From positions 192,001 to 256,000 of the forward strand of contig CAVOID010000003.1 in the NCBI GenBank assembly GCA_963695875.1: a stretch of 64,000 nucleotides of DNA. Reading direction: 5' to 3'. A program made the position numbers and the translations under genes. The number at the start of each line of letters is the position of its first letter. Within the stretch, counting starts at the first letter, position 1. This document shows, piece by piece, positions 44,051 through 55,778 of this stretch. The notes beneath the pieces are model-generated. The model had not been told where the DNA came from, ran no database searches, and saw only the letters and a program-made list of their open reading frames with translations. The stretch is from an uncultured delta proteobacterium (lineage in GTDB: Bacteria > Desulfobacterota > Syntrophia > Syntrophales > UBA2185).

Positions 44051-44070
44051 TCTTCTATAGGAGAAATACC

Positions 44071-45036
44071 ATGAAGACAGCAGAGATCAGAAAGACGGCC
44101 GTCCTGGGGGGCGGCCTCATCGGGTCAAGCTGGGCGACAAATTTTCTGTGGAAGGGCTTTCCAGTCCATATCTATGACGTCAGCGAAGAGGCTCTAAAGA
44201 CAGCCCGGGGACAAATCCGGGGGAACATGGAATATCTCGTAAGCAAAGGCGTCCTTTCGGCGGACAAAATGAACGTGGCCTTGAGCCTGGTAAAATATAC
44301 GACCAGCATTGAAGAAGCCCTGAAGGATGTGCAATTCATCCAGGAGGCTGCTCTGGAGAAATATGAGGTGAAACAAGCCCTGCTTGCCGAAGTGGATAGG
44401 TACGCACAGGCGGACGTTGTCGTTGCGAGCAGTACGTCGGGTCTTCTGATCACGGAGATCGTGAAAGATTCCCCGTATCCGAAAAGATGTCTCGGCGCGC
44501 ACCCGTATAATCCTCCCCACCTGATTCCTCTTGTAGAAATCAGCAAGGGAAAAAAGACGAGCTCGGAAACCGTGCAGACGGCCTGCGACTTCTACAAATC
44601 CATAGGAAAGGAACCGGTCGTTCTTCAGAAGGAAGCCCTCGGGTTCATCGCTAACAGACTCGCCGTCGCCCTCTGGCGAGAAGCAGTTGATCTCGTCATG
44701 AGGGGCGTCTGTTCCGTAGAGGACGTGGACAAGGCCGTGTGCTTCGGGCCGGGGCTGCGCTACGCCCTCATGGGCCCCAATCTCACTTATCATCTGGGCG
44801 GCGGACCACAAGGGATTCAGGGACTGATAAAGCACATCGGACCCTCGGTGGAGTTATGGTGGGATGATATGGCTGTCTGGAAGAACTGGCCGCCAGGCTG
44901 GGCCGAAATTGCGCAGGAAGGTGTGCTCCGGGAAATCGCCCACCGTGTGCCTGAACAGGGCAGGACGAACGAGGAGATCGTCAGGTGGCGGGACGACGGT
45001 CTCATTGAAATTCTGAAATATTTAAAAAAGATCTGA
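44071..45036 (+). CDS. 3-hydroxyacyl-CoA dehydrogenase family protein (carnitine/gulonate 3-dehydrogenase-like)
   Basis: GGGLIGSSW, ASSTSG, HPYNPPHLIPLVE, GPGLRYA. Confidence 0.85.
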   Translation: MKTAEIRKTAVLGGGLIGSSWATNFLWKGFPVHIYDVSEEALKTARGQIRGNMEYLVSKGVLSADKMNVALSLVKYTTSIEEALKDVQFIQEAALEKYEVKQALLAEVDRYAQADVVVASSTSGLLITEIVKDSPYPKRCLGAHPYNPPHLIPLVEISKGKKTSSETVQTACDFYKSIGKEPVVLQKEALGFIANRLAVALWREAVDLVMRGVCSVEDVDKAVCFGPGLRYALMGPNLTYHLGGGPQGIQGLIKHIGPSVELWWDDMAVWKNWPPGWAEIAQEGVLREIAHRVPEQGRTNEEIVRWRDDGLIEILKYLKKI

Positions 45037-45120
45037 AGGGTACGTGAGGTCATGAGGTTGATGAAAATTCAAAGACCGCTAACATTCGTAAATGATAGTG
45101 TTGATTACTAAGGAGGAATT

Positions 45121-46027
45121 ATGAACAAACCATTTGAACGTATTGCAGTCGTTGGTGCCGGTCTCTTAGGCACGCAGATAGCCATGTTGTCAGTCTACGC
45201 GGGCTACAAAGTTACCGCCTTCGATACCAGAAAAAGCGCCTTTGACGAGACATATGATAAACTGTTTGCAGACTTGAAAGCGAAAGGCGTGACCCCTTTC
45301 ATTCCCTGGAATGATTGGGAAAAATGTAAGCGCGGAGTTTCTTTTACAACCAATATGAATGAGGCGCTAAGAGATGTTGATTTTGTCGTGGAAGCGGCAA
45401 CGGAGGACGTGGAACTGAAGCGCAAAATCTTCAAACAGATGGGAGAAATTGCGCCTCCCATGGCTATCTTTGCCACAAACAGCTCATCTCTCCCCATATC
45501 CAGGATGGAAGACAGCAGCGGCAGACCGGAACGCTGCATCAACACCCACTTTTATCTTCCGTTGCAGGGAATGAACATGGCTGATATCATGGGGGGAACA
45601 AAGACCCTTCCGGAGGTTCTTGAGAAAGGTGAAGGGTGGATTCGAACACTCGGTTTTGTTCCACTGAAAGTGAAAAAGGAGATATTGGGCTTCTGCTTCA
45701 ACAACGTCTGGCGGGCGATAAAGAAACAGGCCCTCTATATGTGGGGGAATGATTTTGTCGATTTCCGGGATATTGATCGAGCCTGGCGAATCTTTACAGG
45801 CATGAAGGTGGGGGTTTTTGGCACTGATGGATACAGTCGGCCTGGATACAGTCTACAACATCGAAATGGTCTATTACGATGATTCGAAAGATCCCAAAGA
45901 CAAACCACCCGATGCTCTTATGGAGAAAATAAGGAAAGGAGAACTGGGCGTGAAGAGCGGGAAGGGATTTTACACGTATCCGAATCCCGAGTTTCTCCAG
46001 CCGGACTTCTTGAATCCGAAAAAATAA
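45121..46027 (+). CDS. 3-hydroxyacyl-CoA dehydrogenase family protein (frameshift near 45815)
   Basis: GAGLLG, ATNSSS, THF, GELGVKSGKGFY. Confidence 0.85.
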
Positions 46028-46049
46028 AATATTCACAAGGAGAAAACAT

Positions 46050-46973
46050 ATGAAAGAGAAAGCCATCATAACCGCGGCCATTACGGGCAGCATCCACACA
46101 CCGACCATGTCGGACTATCTCCCCATCACGCCGAAGCAGATAGCCAATGAGGCAGTGCAAGCCTATGAAGCAGGGGCGGCGGTCTGCCATGTCCACGCGA
46201 GGAATCCCGAGACGGGTGTGCCCGTTCCCGATGTCAACCTCATGAAGGAGATCATTACGGAGATCAAGAGCCGATGCGACATAGTGGTCTGCATTACGAC
46301 GGGTGGTGGACTGGGCATGACGGTGGAGCAGCGGGTCGCTCCGGTGACTCTCTACAAGCCGGAACTCGCCTCCTTCAATGCCGGCTCCATCAACTTTGCT
46401 CTCTTCCCCGTGATCCCAAGATACAAAGAGTGGAAATTTGAATGGGAGAAACAGTACCTAGGCATGACGGAGGACTTCATCTTTGCCAATACCTTCAAGT
46501 CCATGAAGGAGTACTGTGCCAAGTTTAATGATACGGGGACAAAGCCCGAGTTTGAGATTTACGATGCCGGCATGGTGAACAACGTTGCCTTCATGATCCA
46601 GGCCGGTTACGTCAAGGCACCCGTCTACATCCAGTTCGTAATGGGCGTCTTGGGCGGTATCACCCCGAGTTCTGAAAATTTAATGTTTCTTGTGGACTAC
46701 GCGAAAAGGATGATCGGTGACTTCGAATTCTCCGTTTGTGTCGCAGGCCGTGCACAGTTCCCTATCTGCACCCAGTCGCTTCTCATCGGAGGGAACGTCC
46801 GGGTGGGTCTCGAAGATAACCTCTATCTTGATAAGGGCAGGATGGCGAAGAGCAATGCAGAACAGGTGGCCAAGATCGCCCGCATCGCCCGCGAGCTCGG
46901 GATAGATCCGGCCACGCCTGACGAGGCCCGAAAGATCCTCGGACTAAAAGGAATCGACAAGGTTAATTATTAG
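46050..46973 (+). CDS. Beta-keto acid cleavage enzyme (BKACE/Kce, DUF849)
   Basis: ITAAITGS, HVHAR, TTGG, PEFEIYD, VRVGLEDN. Confidence 0.93.
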   Translation: MKEKAIITAAITGSIHTPTMSDYLPITPKQIANEAVQAYEAGAAVCHVHARNPETGVPVPDVNLMKEIITEIKSRCDIVVCITTGGGLGMTVEQRVAPVTLYKPELASFNAGSINFALFPVIPRYKEWKFEWEKQYLGMTEDFIFANTFKSMKEYCAKFNDTGTKPEFEIYDAGMVNNVAFMIQAGYVKAPVYIQFVMGVLGGITPSSENLMFLVDYAKRMIGDFEFSVCVAGRAQFPICTQSLLIGGNVRVGLEDNLYLDKGRMAKSNAEQVAKIARIARELGIDPATPDEARKILGLKGIDKVNY

Positions 46974-47043
46974 AAACGCTCCGACAGAAAAAATACCCGG
47001 CTGATTGACCATGAGAAAGTGGAACGGGGCAATGGTCTTCGAT

Positions 47044-48079
47044 TTATTTTTCCGTTTTCTCCAGATGGCTGGCACGAACACCGATGAGGCGCACCTTCTT
47101 TTTGAGCTCAACCCGCTTCAGGCAGGCGAAAGCTGTTTTTCTTATTTCCTCTTCTGAATCCGTCGATTGGGGGAGGGTGTGTGCCCTGGTCAGGGTTTCG
47201 AAATCACTGAACCTGATCTTGACGGTAACAGTCCTTGCTTTAAAACCGCTGTCTTTCATCTCCGCGACAACTTCCCGCGTAAGTTCAGCGAGGGTTTTTG
47301 CTATGGATTGCCAGTTGGAAATATCCTGCTGGAAGGTAGTCTCCCTGCTTATGGATTTTGGTTCCCAATGAGTAATCAGGGGGCTGTCATCAATCCCCCT
47401 GGAGGCATGATAGAGATAATGTTCCATAAGAAGGGCCAAATCTGTCCGTCAACGTCACCAGAGGCAAAGAGGCAAGGGCACCTATCGTTTCGATCCCCAT
47501 GTCCTTGAGATATTTTTCCGTCTTCGGGCCGATTCCCCAGAGTTTCCTGACCGGTAAAGGATGTAGTATGCTCGCTATATCATTTTCCAAGATTATTGTG
47601 AGGCCGTCCGGCTTATCCATGTCTGAGGCGATCTTGGCAAGCAGCTTGTTAGGGGCGATGCCGATCGAGCCGGTCAGCCCTGTCTCTTCTTTGATCTCCT
47701 TCTTAATTTCTTCTGCAATTTCCTCTGAATGTTTGCCGATCTCGGATATATCGAGGAATGCCTCATCAATTCCCACATCTTCAACGATGGGAGTGAATCT
47801 CCGAAGGATAGCCTTGATCTTTTGGGATTCTCTTGAATATGCTTCATAATCGACAGGAAGAAAGACCGCATGAGGGCACAGCTCATAGGCGGTCTTCAAA
47901 GGCATGGCGGAATGGATGCCGAACTTTCTCGCCTCATACGAAGCGGTGGATACGACACCTCGTTTGGTGGGGTCGCCGCTGCCCCCGATGACCAGAGGTT
48001 TGCCGGTTAACTCGGGGTGCCTTTTCTCCTCCACAGCGGCGAAAAAGGCGTCCATATCAATGTGAAGGATTCGTCTCAA
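47044..48079 (-). CDS. dinB: DNA polymerase IV (frameshift near 47420)
   Basis: HIDMDAFFA, ASYEAR, IDEAFLD, KIASD-KPDG, little-finger VRLIGV. Confidence 0.92.
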
Positions 48080-48085
48080 AGCGCA

Positions 48086-49582
48086 TTATTCGGGTTGGCT
48101 GTTATAGCCGGATTCACCGGCAAAGGCCTGATCGTACAGTGAGTTAAAGCCATCCTTGCCTGTTGCAAGCATCAGTGTCAGCGGCATCACTTTCTTTCCC
48201 AGATTGACCATCCGTTCTGCCGTTTCTCTGATGTCCCACTGGGCATGCCTGTCCGCCCGTAGACGGGCAATATGGTATAGTTCCCTTGCATTGATCTTCA
48301 TGGAAATACGCTTGCGATGGGCATTGGTGAGGATATAGCTTGCTGCCACAAGGGCTTTCTGCTTAATCAGTTCATATGCTTTTTCAGTTTTGCTGATCAT
48401 CTGACGGAACGGTTTATCCATGCCGATCTCTTTAATTGAGGGTGGTATGGTTACGCCGAGGGATGTATCATACTCCTGGCCGGTGATGGCGGCCATACGG
48501 TGGCGTTTCATTTGGGCGAAACAGCTGGCGCTGATCACCAATTCAAAATGAAGATCGACATTTTCAAATTCCCGCAGAACAGGGTCGTAGGCCTTTATGT
48601 GCCGCAAAACTGTTTTTATGAGACCTTCTTTTTCACGTCTGTCCATCGAAGAAACGATTTGCAGGCATTGTGACATCGGCAAACTTGATGAGGAATGGAT
48701 AAGTGCGGTTATGACCCTATTGTCCGCATCGGGTGTTGCATGGACAAGACATACTGTCTCCCCGGCAGCGGATGTTTGTCCCCACCTTCTTCTTCCCACT
48801 CAGTGTCTTTACCCTTTCCTTCAAAGCCTGTCTTGTCAGGCGGTCATAGTCTGTGACCTCGGTGTAACGGATAAGTGAGGGAGCGACCTCCTTCGTTACC
48901 TCATAAAGTTTCCGGCTGTATTCTTGTGCTTCGGCCAGGGGATGAGCAGCAAGGCGGCGAAGCATCAATTCCAGATTCCTCGCATTGATGGTCATCCCCA
49001 ACTGGGTCTCCGTGGCAAGGGAAATGACATAGCGGGCGTCTTCTTTCGCCCAGCCTTCCAGCAAAGTACGGTTCTTCGGATCGGCTGGCGAGGTCTCTGT
49101 GCTTTTCGAAGACATAGGGTTTCAGTTTCTCATACAGTTCATGATAGAATCTATTTTGTTACCGGATGATATAAACAAATGACTCTTCCAGACCGGCCTC
49201 ACAAATTTCTGCAGGAATGACAAAATCGTCTTTGAGCAGGACATACCGTTGTGATTTTTCCGTGAAAGAACAGAGGCGGAATTTTTCGATCTCTTCCACC
49301 AGAAGTCTGGAAACACCGATAACATCTATGTTGAAGACGGCATGTTCGGCGATGGAGCTGTGTCCCATCTCAAAGACGATGTTCCTGTTGGACTGCCGCG
49401 CCTTTTCCAGCTCCTGCCGGGCAATGCGCTCGCAATTCATCGACGGATCTGGGACTGCGGCTTATCCGGGCATAAGCGGCGGAGATCGTTTCCGGCGTCA
49501 GGTTTTTCTGATCGGGATGAGACTCCTGGAATTCCCGGATCGTTTCATAATCCAGATTGTAGCCGGCAAGGATTATCTTCAT
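48086..49582 (-). CDS. thyX: FAD-dependent thymidylate synthase, two-domain type (several frameshifts)
   Basis: AYARISRS, MGHSSIAEH, EKSQRY, EDARY, RHR, HAQWDIR. Confidence 0.8.
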
Positions 49583-49600
49583 GCATGCCCCTTTCTTCTG

Positions 49601-50407
49601 CTACCACTTGACGACTTCCACGTGGGAGAGTGTGCGTCCAAGGAAACTTTCTCCGATTGTCTGGAAGTGATAGGGAACATCCGTAACGTAGAATCTGTAT
49701 TCCGGGGGAGTCCGTGCAGGATTCCCCAAATTGGTTTCATTTAATAATTGGGCTGTGATGGCAGCCATGGCTTCCGCAGAATCTACAAGGCGAATTTCCG
49801 GCCCTACAACATCCCGTATGAGGGGTTTGATGAGGGGATAATGGGTGCATCCCAGGACAAGGGTATCTATGTGCTCCGCAAGAACCGGCCTGAGGTATTC
49901 CTGAGCGGTAAGGAGGGTAACGGGATGGTTCAGCCACCCTTCCTCAACCAGGGGTACAAAAAGCGGGCAGGCTTGAGAAAAGATGCGGATAGTTGGATCT
50001 TGTTGATGAATGGCGCGGGCGTAGGCATTACTGTTGATGGTCGCCGGTGTGCCGATGACGCCGATAATTTTGGTTCGTGTTTCGGAGATGGCTTCACGGG
50101 CGCCTGCATCGATTACATCTAATACAGGAACCGGCGAAAGGTTCTTGACGGCCTGGTAGGCGACAGCGGCCATGGTATTGCAGGCAATGATGAGCAGTTT
50201 AACATCCTTCTTCAGTAAAAATTGTGTGATCTGCGTGGCGTATTGGGTAATCGTCTCCGGTGATTTCACGCCGTATGGCACCCGTGCCGTGTCGCCGAAA
50301 TAGACAATGCTTTCGAAGGGCAATCGTTCCATGAGCGCACGTACAACGGTGAGTCCGCCGATACCGGAATCAAATACACCTATGGGACAGCTGGGAACGG
50401 GTTGCAT
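49601..50407 (-). CDS. murI: Glutamate racemase
   Basis: FDSGIGGLTV, IACNT, LGCTHYP. Confidence 0.97.
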   Translation of the reverse strand: MQPVPSCPIGVFDSGIGGLTVVRALMERLPFESIVYFGDTARVPYGVKSPETITQYATQITQFLLKKDVKLLIIACNTMAAVAYQAVKNLSPVPVLDVIDAGAREAISETRTKIIGVIGTPATINSNAYARAIHQQDPTIRIFSQACPLFVPLVEEGWLNHPVTLLTAQEYLRPVLAEHIDTLVLGCTHYPLIKPLIRDVVGPEIRLVDSAEAMAAITAQLLNETNLGNPARTPPEYRFYVTDVPYHFQTIGESFLGRTLSHVEVVKW

Positions 50408-50595
50408 AGTCTCTCCTTAACATTAAAAGGGAATCTTATTTAGCACAACCTCGTAAAAAAGCAAAGACAAGAAGTATGTGTTTATCTCAGCTTTATGTTG
50501 AAATGATACGATAAATGAGATATTTTCCCATAAGATATAATCACAGAGGCATTAAATCTCCACTGTTTAGGTTCTCACTAATGAAAGGAATATCA

Positions 50596-51649
50596 ATGCA
50601 TACTCCGAAGATCCAGAATATACTTTTTTTCACGGCGTTGATCCTCGTTTCTCTCCTGTTTCTATATCTCCTCACGCCGTTTTTTTCACCTATTTTCTGG
50701 GCAGCTGTCATTGCGAGTATTTTCAGGCCTCTCTATGAACGGTTCAATAAGAAATGGAATCGACCCAGTTTCTGTGCCACAGCAATTCTTCTAATAATTG
50801 CGCTTATCATAATGCTGCCGGGAAGCATCATCGGAAGCTTGTTGTTTTCCGAGTCTGTGCGTATGTATGAATCCCTCAGCACGGATGGTGGTAGTGTGGG
50901 AAACATTGTTACAAGTGTCACCGGATGCAGTAAAAGATAATCCGTACATTACCCGGTTGCACATTGACGAACAATTTTGGACAGAAAAGTTTTCTGAAAT
51001 CGCCAGAAGTATTTCCAACTATATCTTTATCAACCTGAAGGCACTCACACAAAATACCCTCGTTTTTATTGTACAGTTTGCGGTCATGCTCTATACATTG
51101 TTTTTCTTTATTCGCGATGGGGATAAGTTTTTAGGGATGGTTATGCGGGTCTTCTCCCTGGGTCAGGAAAGGGAAAAAGTCCTTTATGAACAGTTTGTCG
51201 CGACGACGAGAGCCACGTTGAAGGTGACGCTGATTATTGGAGGCCTTCAGGGATCAATGGGAGGTCTGATTTTTTGGGTGACTGGTATTGAAGGAGCACT
51301 GCTCTGGGGTGTCGTAATGGTACTTATGTCCATCGTACCGGTTGTCGGTTGCTCGGTTATCTGGGTTCCTGCCAGTGTGATAATGCTGTTAACGGGACAT
51401 ATATGGAAGGGGATACTGATCCTTGCTTTTGGCGTTATTGTTATTAGTGTGGTGGACAATCTCTTGCGTCCCGTACTCCTTGGCAGAGATGTGCAGATGC
51501 ACCCTTTATTGATTTTTTTGTCGACTCTGGGAGGACTCTCACTCTTCGGATTCTCCGGTTTTGTTATCGGTCCCATCATCGCCTCACTGCTGCTTGCGAT
51601 ATGGGCGATGTATGATCAGTTTTATCGGGATTCATTATCCAGCGACTGA
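50596..51649 (+). CDS. AI-2E family transporter (frameshift near 50915)
   Basis: FFFIRDG, VDNLLRP, HPLLIF-STLGG, GPII. Confidence 0.85.
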
Positions 51650-51693
51650 CGGCTCCGTAAAAAGTCCATACACTGCGTTGCGCTTCATCCTTC
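51647..51693 (+). repeat. MITE-like end, copy 1
   Basis: TGACGGCTCCGTAAAAAGTCCAT, 20/23 match to the reverse complement of 52727-52749. Confidence 0.6.
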
Positions 51694-52693
51694 ATGACCA
51701 AATGCTGTGAGTAATGAAGTGAGTGAGCGCGGAGATCAGAGCCGCCATGGGGATCGTTAATACCCACGCCCATACAATATTTCCGGCCACACCCCAGCGA
51801 ACGGCCGTAAGCCTCTTTGTAGAACCCACCCCGACGATGGCGCCTGTAATGGTATGGGTTGTACTCACGGGGATGCCCGCGAGAGATGCCCCAATGATGG
51901 AGATGGCAGCCGCGGTCTCTGCGCAGAATCCTCCAATGGGCTGGAGCTTTGTGATCTTGGTGCCCATCGTCTTGACAATACGCCAGCCCCCCGACATAAT
52001 CCCCAGGGCGATGACAGTGTAACATGAGATAATTACCCAGATGGGAATGTAAAAGGTTGGTCCGAGGTAACCATGGCTGTAAAGAATTAGTGCAATTATT
52101 CCCATAGTTTTCTGGGCGTCGTTTGTACCATGGCCCATGCTGTAAACTGCGCATGAGACGAGCTGTAGTTTTCGGAATATCCTGTCCGATCCTGTCACCG
52201 TAGAATGCCGGCTGATGTTAAGCACCAAAATCATCATGGCTAATCCGAGAATTAAACCTATGACCGGGGACAGCACGATAAAAATGGCTGTTTTTATGAT
52301 ACCGCTCCATACTAGGACACTGGTCCCTCCTTCAATGATGCCCGCACCGATGAGGCCGCCGATGAGGGCATGAGAGGAGCTGCTGGGCAGCCCGAAATAC
52401 CAGGTAACAATGTTCCAGATGATGGCGCCGCTCAGGGCCGAAAGAATGAGAGAATTGTCTACGATAGATGGATTAATGATGCCGGTACCAATAGTCTTAG
52501 CTACCTGTACACCGACAAAAAAGACAGCGGCAAACTCAAAGAATGCCGCCCAGAGAACGGCATATTTAGGAGAAAGGACCCTTGTTGAAACAATAGTTGA
52601 AATTGCGTTGGCAGAATCATGAAAGCCGTTGAGAAAATCGAAAACCAGGGCTACCAGAATAAGAAAAATGACAAAAGCGAATGAATCAGGCAT
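51692..52693 (-). CDS. pit: Inorganic phosphate transporter (PiT family)
   Basis: GFHDSAN, PSSSSHALIGG, HGTNDAQK, PVSTTH. Confidence 0.95.
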   Translation of the reverse strand: MPDSFAFVIFLILVALVFDFLNGFHDSANAISTIVSTRVLSPKYAVLWAAFFEFAAVFFVGVQVAKTIGTGIINPSIVDNSLILSALSGAIIWNIVTWYFGLPSSSSHALIGGLIGAGIIEGGTSVLVWSGIIKTAIFIVLSPVIGLILGLAMMILVLNISRHSTVTGSDRIFRKLQLVSCAVYSMGHGTNDAQKTMGIIALILYSHGYLGPTFYIPIWVIISCYTVIALGIMSGGWRIVKTMGTKITKLQPIGGFCAETAAAISIIGASLAGIPVSTTHTITGAIVGVGSTKRLTAVRWGVAGNIVWAWVLTIPMAALISALTHFITHSIWS

Positions 52694-52716
52694 AGTGATT
52701 TCGGAAAAACAGCAAT

Positions 52717-52749
52717 CGAGGATGAAATGGATTTTTTGCGAAGCCGTCA
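52717..52749 (-). repeat. MITE-like end, copy 2
   Basis: Minus strand TGACGGCTTCGCAAAAAATCCAT-TTCATCCTCG. Confidence 0.6.
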
Positions 52750-53367
52750 GGCATGTTTCAGGACGATGCCTTCCACAATGTTAGAAACATCCTCACATAC
52801 ATCGATGGCCTCTTCAATACGTTCAAAGATTTCCTTCCATTTGATCAATTCGATGGCATCCTTTTCATTTTCGAAAAGATCGACCATCGCCGATCTCAGG
52901 ACAATATCACCTTCGTTTTCAAGCGTGTTGATCTCCACACAGGCATCTATGATCATCTTGGAGTTTTTCATGTCTCTCATGCCACAAACAATGAGTTTCA
53001 CCTTCTTGATGGCCTCGTTTAAAATCTTCGCCTGATCGATGATTACCTTGGTGGGCTTTTTCACTTTATAGAGGTGCATTCTGGCCGCAGCGGCTTCGGT
53101 CATATCCAGGATGCTGTCCATCTTATTGACCAGGTCATAAATGTCTTCGCGGTCCAAGGGGGTGAGGAATGTCTTGTGCATCTTTTCATAGGTTCTGTGG
53201 GTTATGACATCCGCCTCATGTTCCAGTTCTTTGAGTTTGGTTATCTTCGGCAGGGGATATTCATACGTTTCAACCATTTCCAGAAACATCTTTCCCCCCT
53301 CTTCGATTTTATTGATGAGTTCTTCAAAAAGATCGTAAAATTTTTCTTCTTTGGGAATGAGTCGCAT
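52747..53367 (-). CDS. DUF47 phosphate transport regulator
   Basis: LEHEAD, FLTPLDREDI, ENEGD; upstream of pit. Confidence 0.93.
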   Translation of the reverse strand: MRLIPKEEKFYDLFEELINKIEEGGKMFLEMVETYEYPLPKITKLKELEHEADVITHRTYEKMHKTFLTPLDREDIYDLVNKMDSILDMTEAAAARMHLYKVKKPTKVIIDQAKILNEAIKKVKLIVCGMRDMKNSKMIIDACVEINTLENEGDIVLRSAMVDLFENEKDAIELIKWKEIFERIEEAIDVCEDVSNIVEGIVLKHA

Positions 53368-53711
53368 TGGATCTACCCTCCATAACGATTCATTATATGC
53401 GATCCGTTAACAAAAGGGATCTTATTGATGTGTATATTTTCAAATCTCATATAATGGCGAATGCTATCTACCGGATTATTGCCAAAAAAGCAATATGTTT
53501 TGGTGATAAATTTTTGACAGGTGTTACGACAAAGTTTAGGGTGAATGACTTTAGAATATCATATGTTGCCATCTTCTGGCTGATAAAAATTCTTCGCAAA
53601 ACCTTCTTTAAAACATCAACTTGTTGAACATGATCTCTGCCTGAAGGTTCTACATCCTCATAATGACATTAATGTTAGATTTTAAAAGGTTCTAAGTAAA
53701 TAATCGCCTGT

Positions 53712-54703
53712 CTACTTTCGGATATCTTTGATAATCCGTTCAATTGCGCTGGTAAAGCTCAAACCGGATCGCTCTACAGCGGCAAAAAATCCTCCGTCCG
53801 GAGAAAGGCACGGATTTGTATTTACCTCCAGCACCCAGGGCTTGCCGGTTTTATCAACCCGGAAATCGACCCTTGCGTATCCCCGCAGACCGAATACACG
53901 CCAGCACCGCAGGGCCAAATCCGTCAGTTGATGAAGTGAAGGTTCGATCCTCCTTCGGAAAGTCAAAACACCGCGGTGTATGATGGTATTCAAAAGAATC
54001 TTCCACCCATTTGGAGCGGTAGTCAACCACCCTGGCCTTGCCAGGCGGAAAATCGTCGAAGCGAATCTCAGCAGGAGGGAGTACATTCCGGTCCCTTTGT
54101 CTCCCGCCAGCATAGAAAGATTGAATTCCCTTCCCTCAATGAATATCTCTGCAAAGCATGCCACACCAAGCTTTTCCTGCTGGGATGATATGGCCTTTAC
54201 TGAGATGGTGTTCATCCTGTGTGAAGATAATGGAATTTTCATTCAGCCATGAGGATGCATGTTCCCAGACGGCCTTGATGATATATGTGCCTTCGACAAA
54301 GGAGATTGTCGCTATGGTTATCGGGCTGATAAAAATGGAGGGGTTGCAGATACCTCGCGCTTGTAAGAACTGCTTAGCGAGAACCTTATTTGAAGTGAGA
54401 AACGTAGCTTCTGTTCCTGGCTCCGGTGTAAGGGATTCTCAGAATAGTCCATAAGGGAAGGGGCTATGTGAATCAGGCTGCCCTGGCCCTGCTATCGTCT
54501 CGACAAGGTTGAAAACGAAAGCCTGGCCGGATTTCCTTCAACATCTCGATTGTCTTTGAAAAATTAAGCGAGAAGGGAATGATGATGGGTTCATATCCCA
54601 GATCCGAGAGAGCCGATGAAACAAAGGCGGCCTGAACGAGGGCATCCTTTTCATCCATGCCGGCGTCTTCCGATACATCGCCATGTAAAACAACAGCCTT
54701 CAT
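53712..54703 (-). CDS. D-Ala-D-Ala ligase-like ATP-grasp protein 2 (several frameshifts)
   Basis: FNLVE, IIK-V-EHAS, FIEGREFN, GYARVDFR, LEVNTNP. Confidence 0.8.
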
Positions 54704-54713
54704 GAAATACCCG

Positions 54714-55769
54714 TTAGAAAGACGATTCAGGAAATGCAGCAGTAAGAGTATGGTGCAGGATGGAAGATTTTACAGCACGGGAAACTGGTGTATGGAGATG
54801 GAGACGTTTCAATGCTGAACGCATAATCATATCGACAAGCTCGTGATAGGCAATTCCCGCGAGGTTACAGATTATGGGAAGATCTGAATGTTCAGGATGT
54901 AGACCGGCTAACGGGTTAACTTCCATGAAATTCGGTATTCCCTGGACATCGGCACGAAGGTCTACCCTGCCTGCATCCTTGCAGCCAAGGCCCCGCCATG
55001 CTGCAAGAGCAGTATCCTTTGCCAGTTGGGCCACAGGGTCATTGACCAGACGGTATTCCACGAGTTCCTCACAGTTTTCTTTGTTCACATAGGAATAGAC
55101 GTCCTTCTCGGCGTTTTCTTTAAGATGGACTTCCATAACCCCGAGTGCAATGGCATCCCTTCCCGTACCTACAATACCTATTGTGAATTCCCGGCCGGGA
55201 AGGAAATGCTCAACAAGGACAGGTTGACGGAATGTGGATAGAAGAGTCCGGCATACATGGAAGAGCTGCCTCCGTGAGTTAATCTTAGAAGCGGCAGTGA
55301 TGCCCTTGCTGGTGCCTTCGGCCACTGGCTTGGCGAAGAGGGGTAGTGGAATCTTAACTTTTCCTATATCGTCTTCCGTTTCAATTACAGCAAAATCCGG
55401 AGTTGGGATGCCGAGGTCACGAACAACGTGCTTGGTCAAGCCTTTGTGGAGGGTCAGAGAAAGAATAAGGGGGTCGGAAAAAGTGTAGGGGATGTTGTAG
55501 GCATCGAGGATGGCGGGTACCTGGGCTTCACGGCCAAGTCCCGCCATACCTTCAGCAATGTTAAATACTATATCCCACCTGTCACCTGATGCCAGACGTC
55601 TTACAAGAGACTTAATGTTGCCTATGCGATCGGTCAGGTAGCCTAAATCCTGTAATGTCTGCTCAATGGCATCTATAGTGTCCGCCCGGTCAAACTCCAG
55701 CGTTTCTTCCGCAGAATACCCTTCGGCAAGATAATCATCGCGAAGGTCGTATGTAATTCCGGTCTTCAC
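54714..55769 (-). CDS. D-Ala-D-Ala ligase-like ATP-grasp protein 1
   Basis: VFNIAEG, KPVAEGTSKG, FLPGREF, RVD, EVNPLAGL. Confidence 0.88.
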   Translation of the reverse strand: MKTGITYDLRDDYLAEGYSAEETLEFDRADTIDAIEQTLQDLGYLTDRIGNIKSLVRRLASGDRWDIVFNIAEGMAGLGREAQVPAILDAYNIPYTFSDPLILSLTLHKGLTKHVVRDLGIPTPDFAVIETEDDIGKVKIPLPLFAKPVAEGTSKGITAASKINSRRQLFHVCRTLLSTFRQPVLVEHFLPGREFTIGIVGTGRDAIALGVMEVHLKENAEKDVYSYVNKENCEELVEYRLVNDPVAQLAKDTALAAWRGLGCKDAGRVDLRADVQGIPNFMEVNPLAGLHPEHSDLPIICNLAGIAYHELVDMIMRSALKRLHLHTPVSRAVKSSILHHTLTAAFPESSF

Positions 55770-55778
55770 AGCAATACC

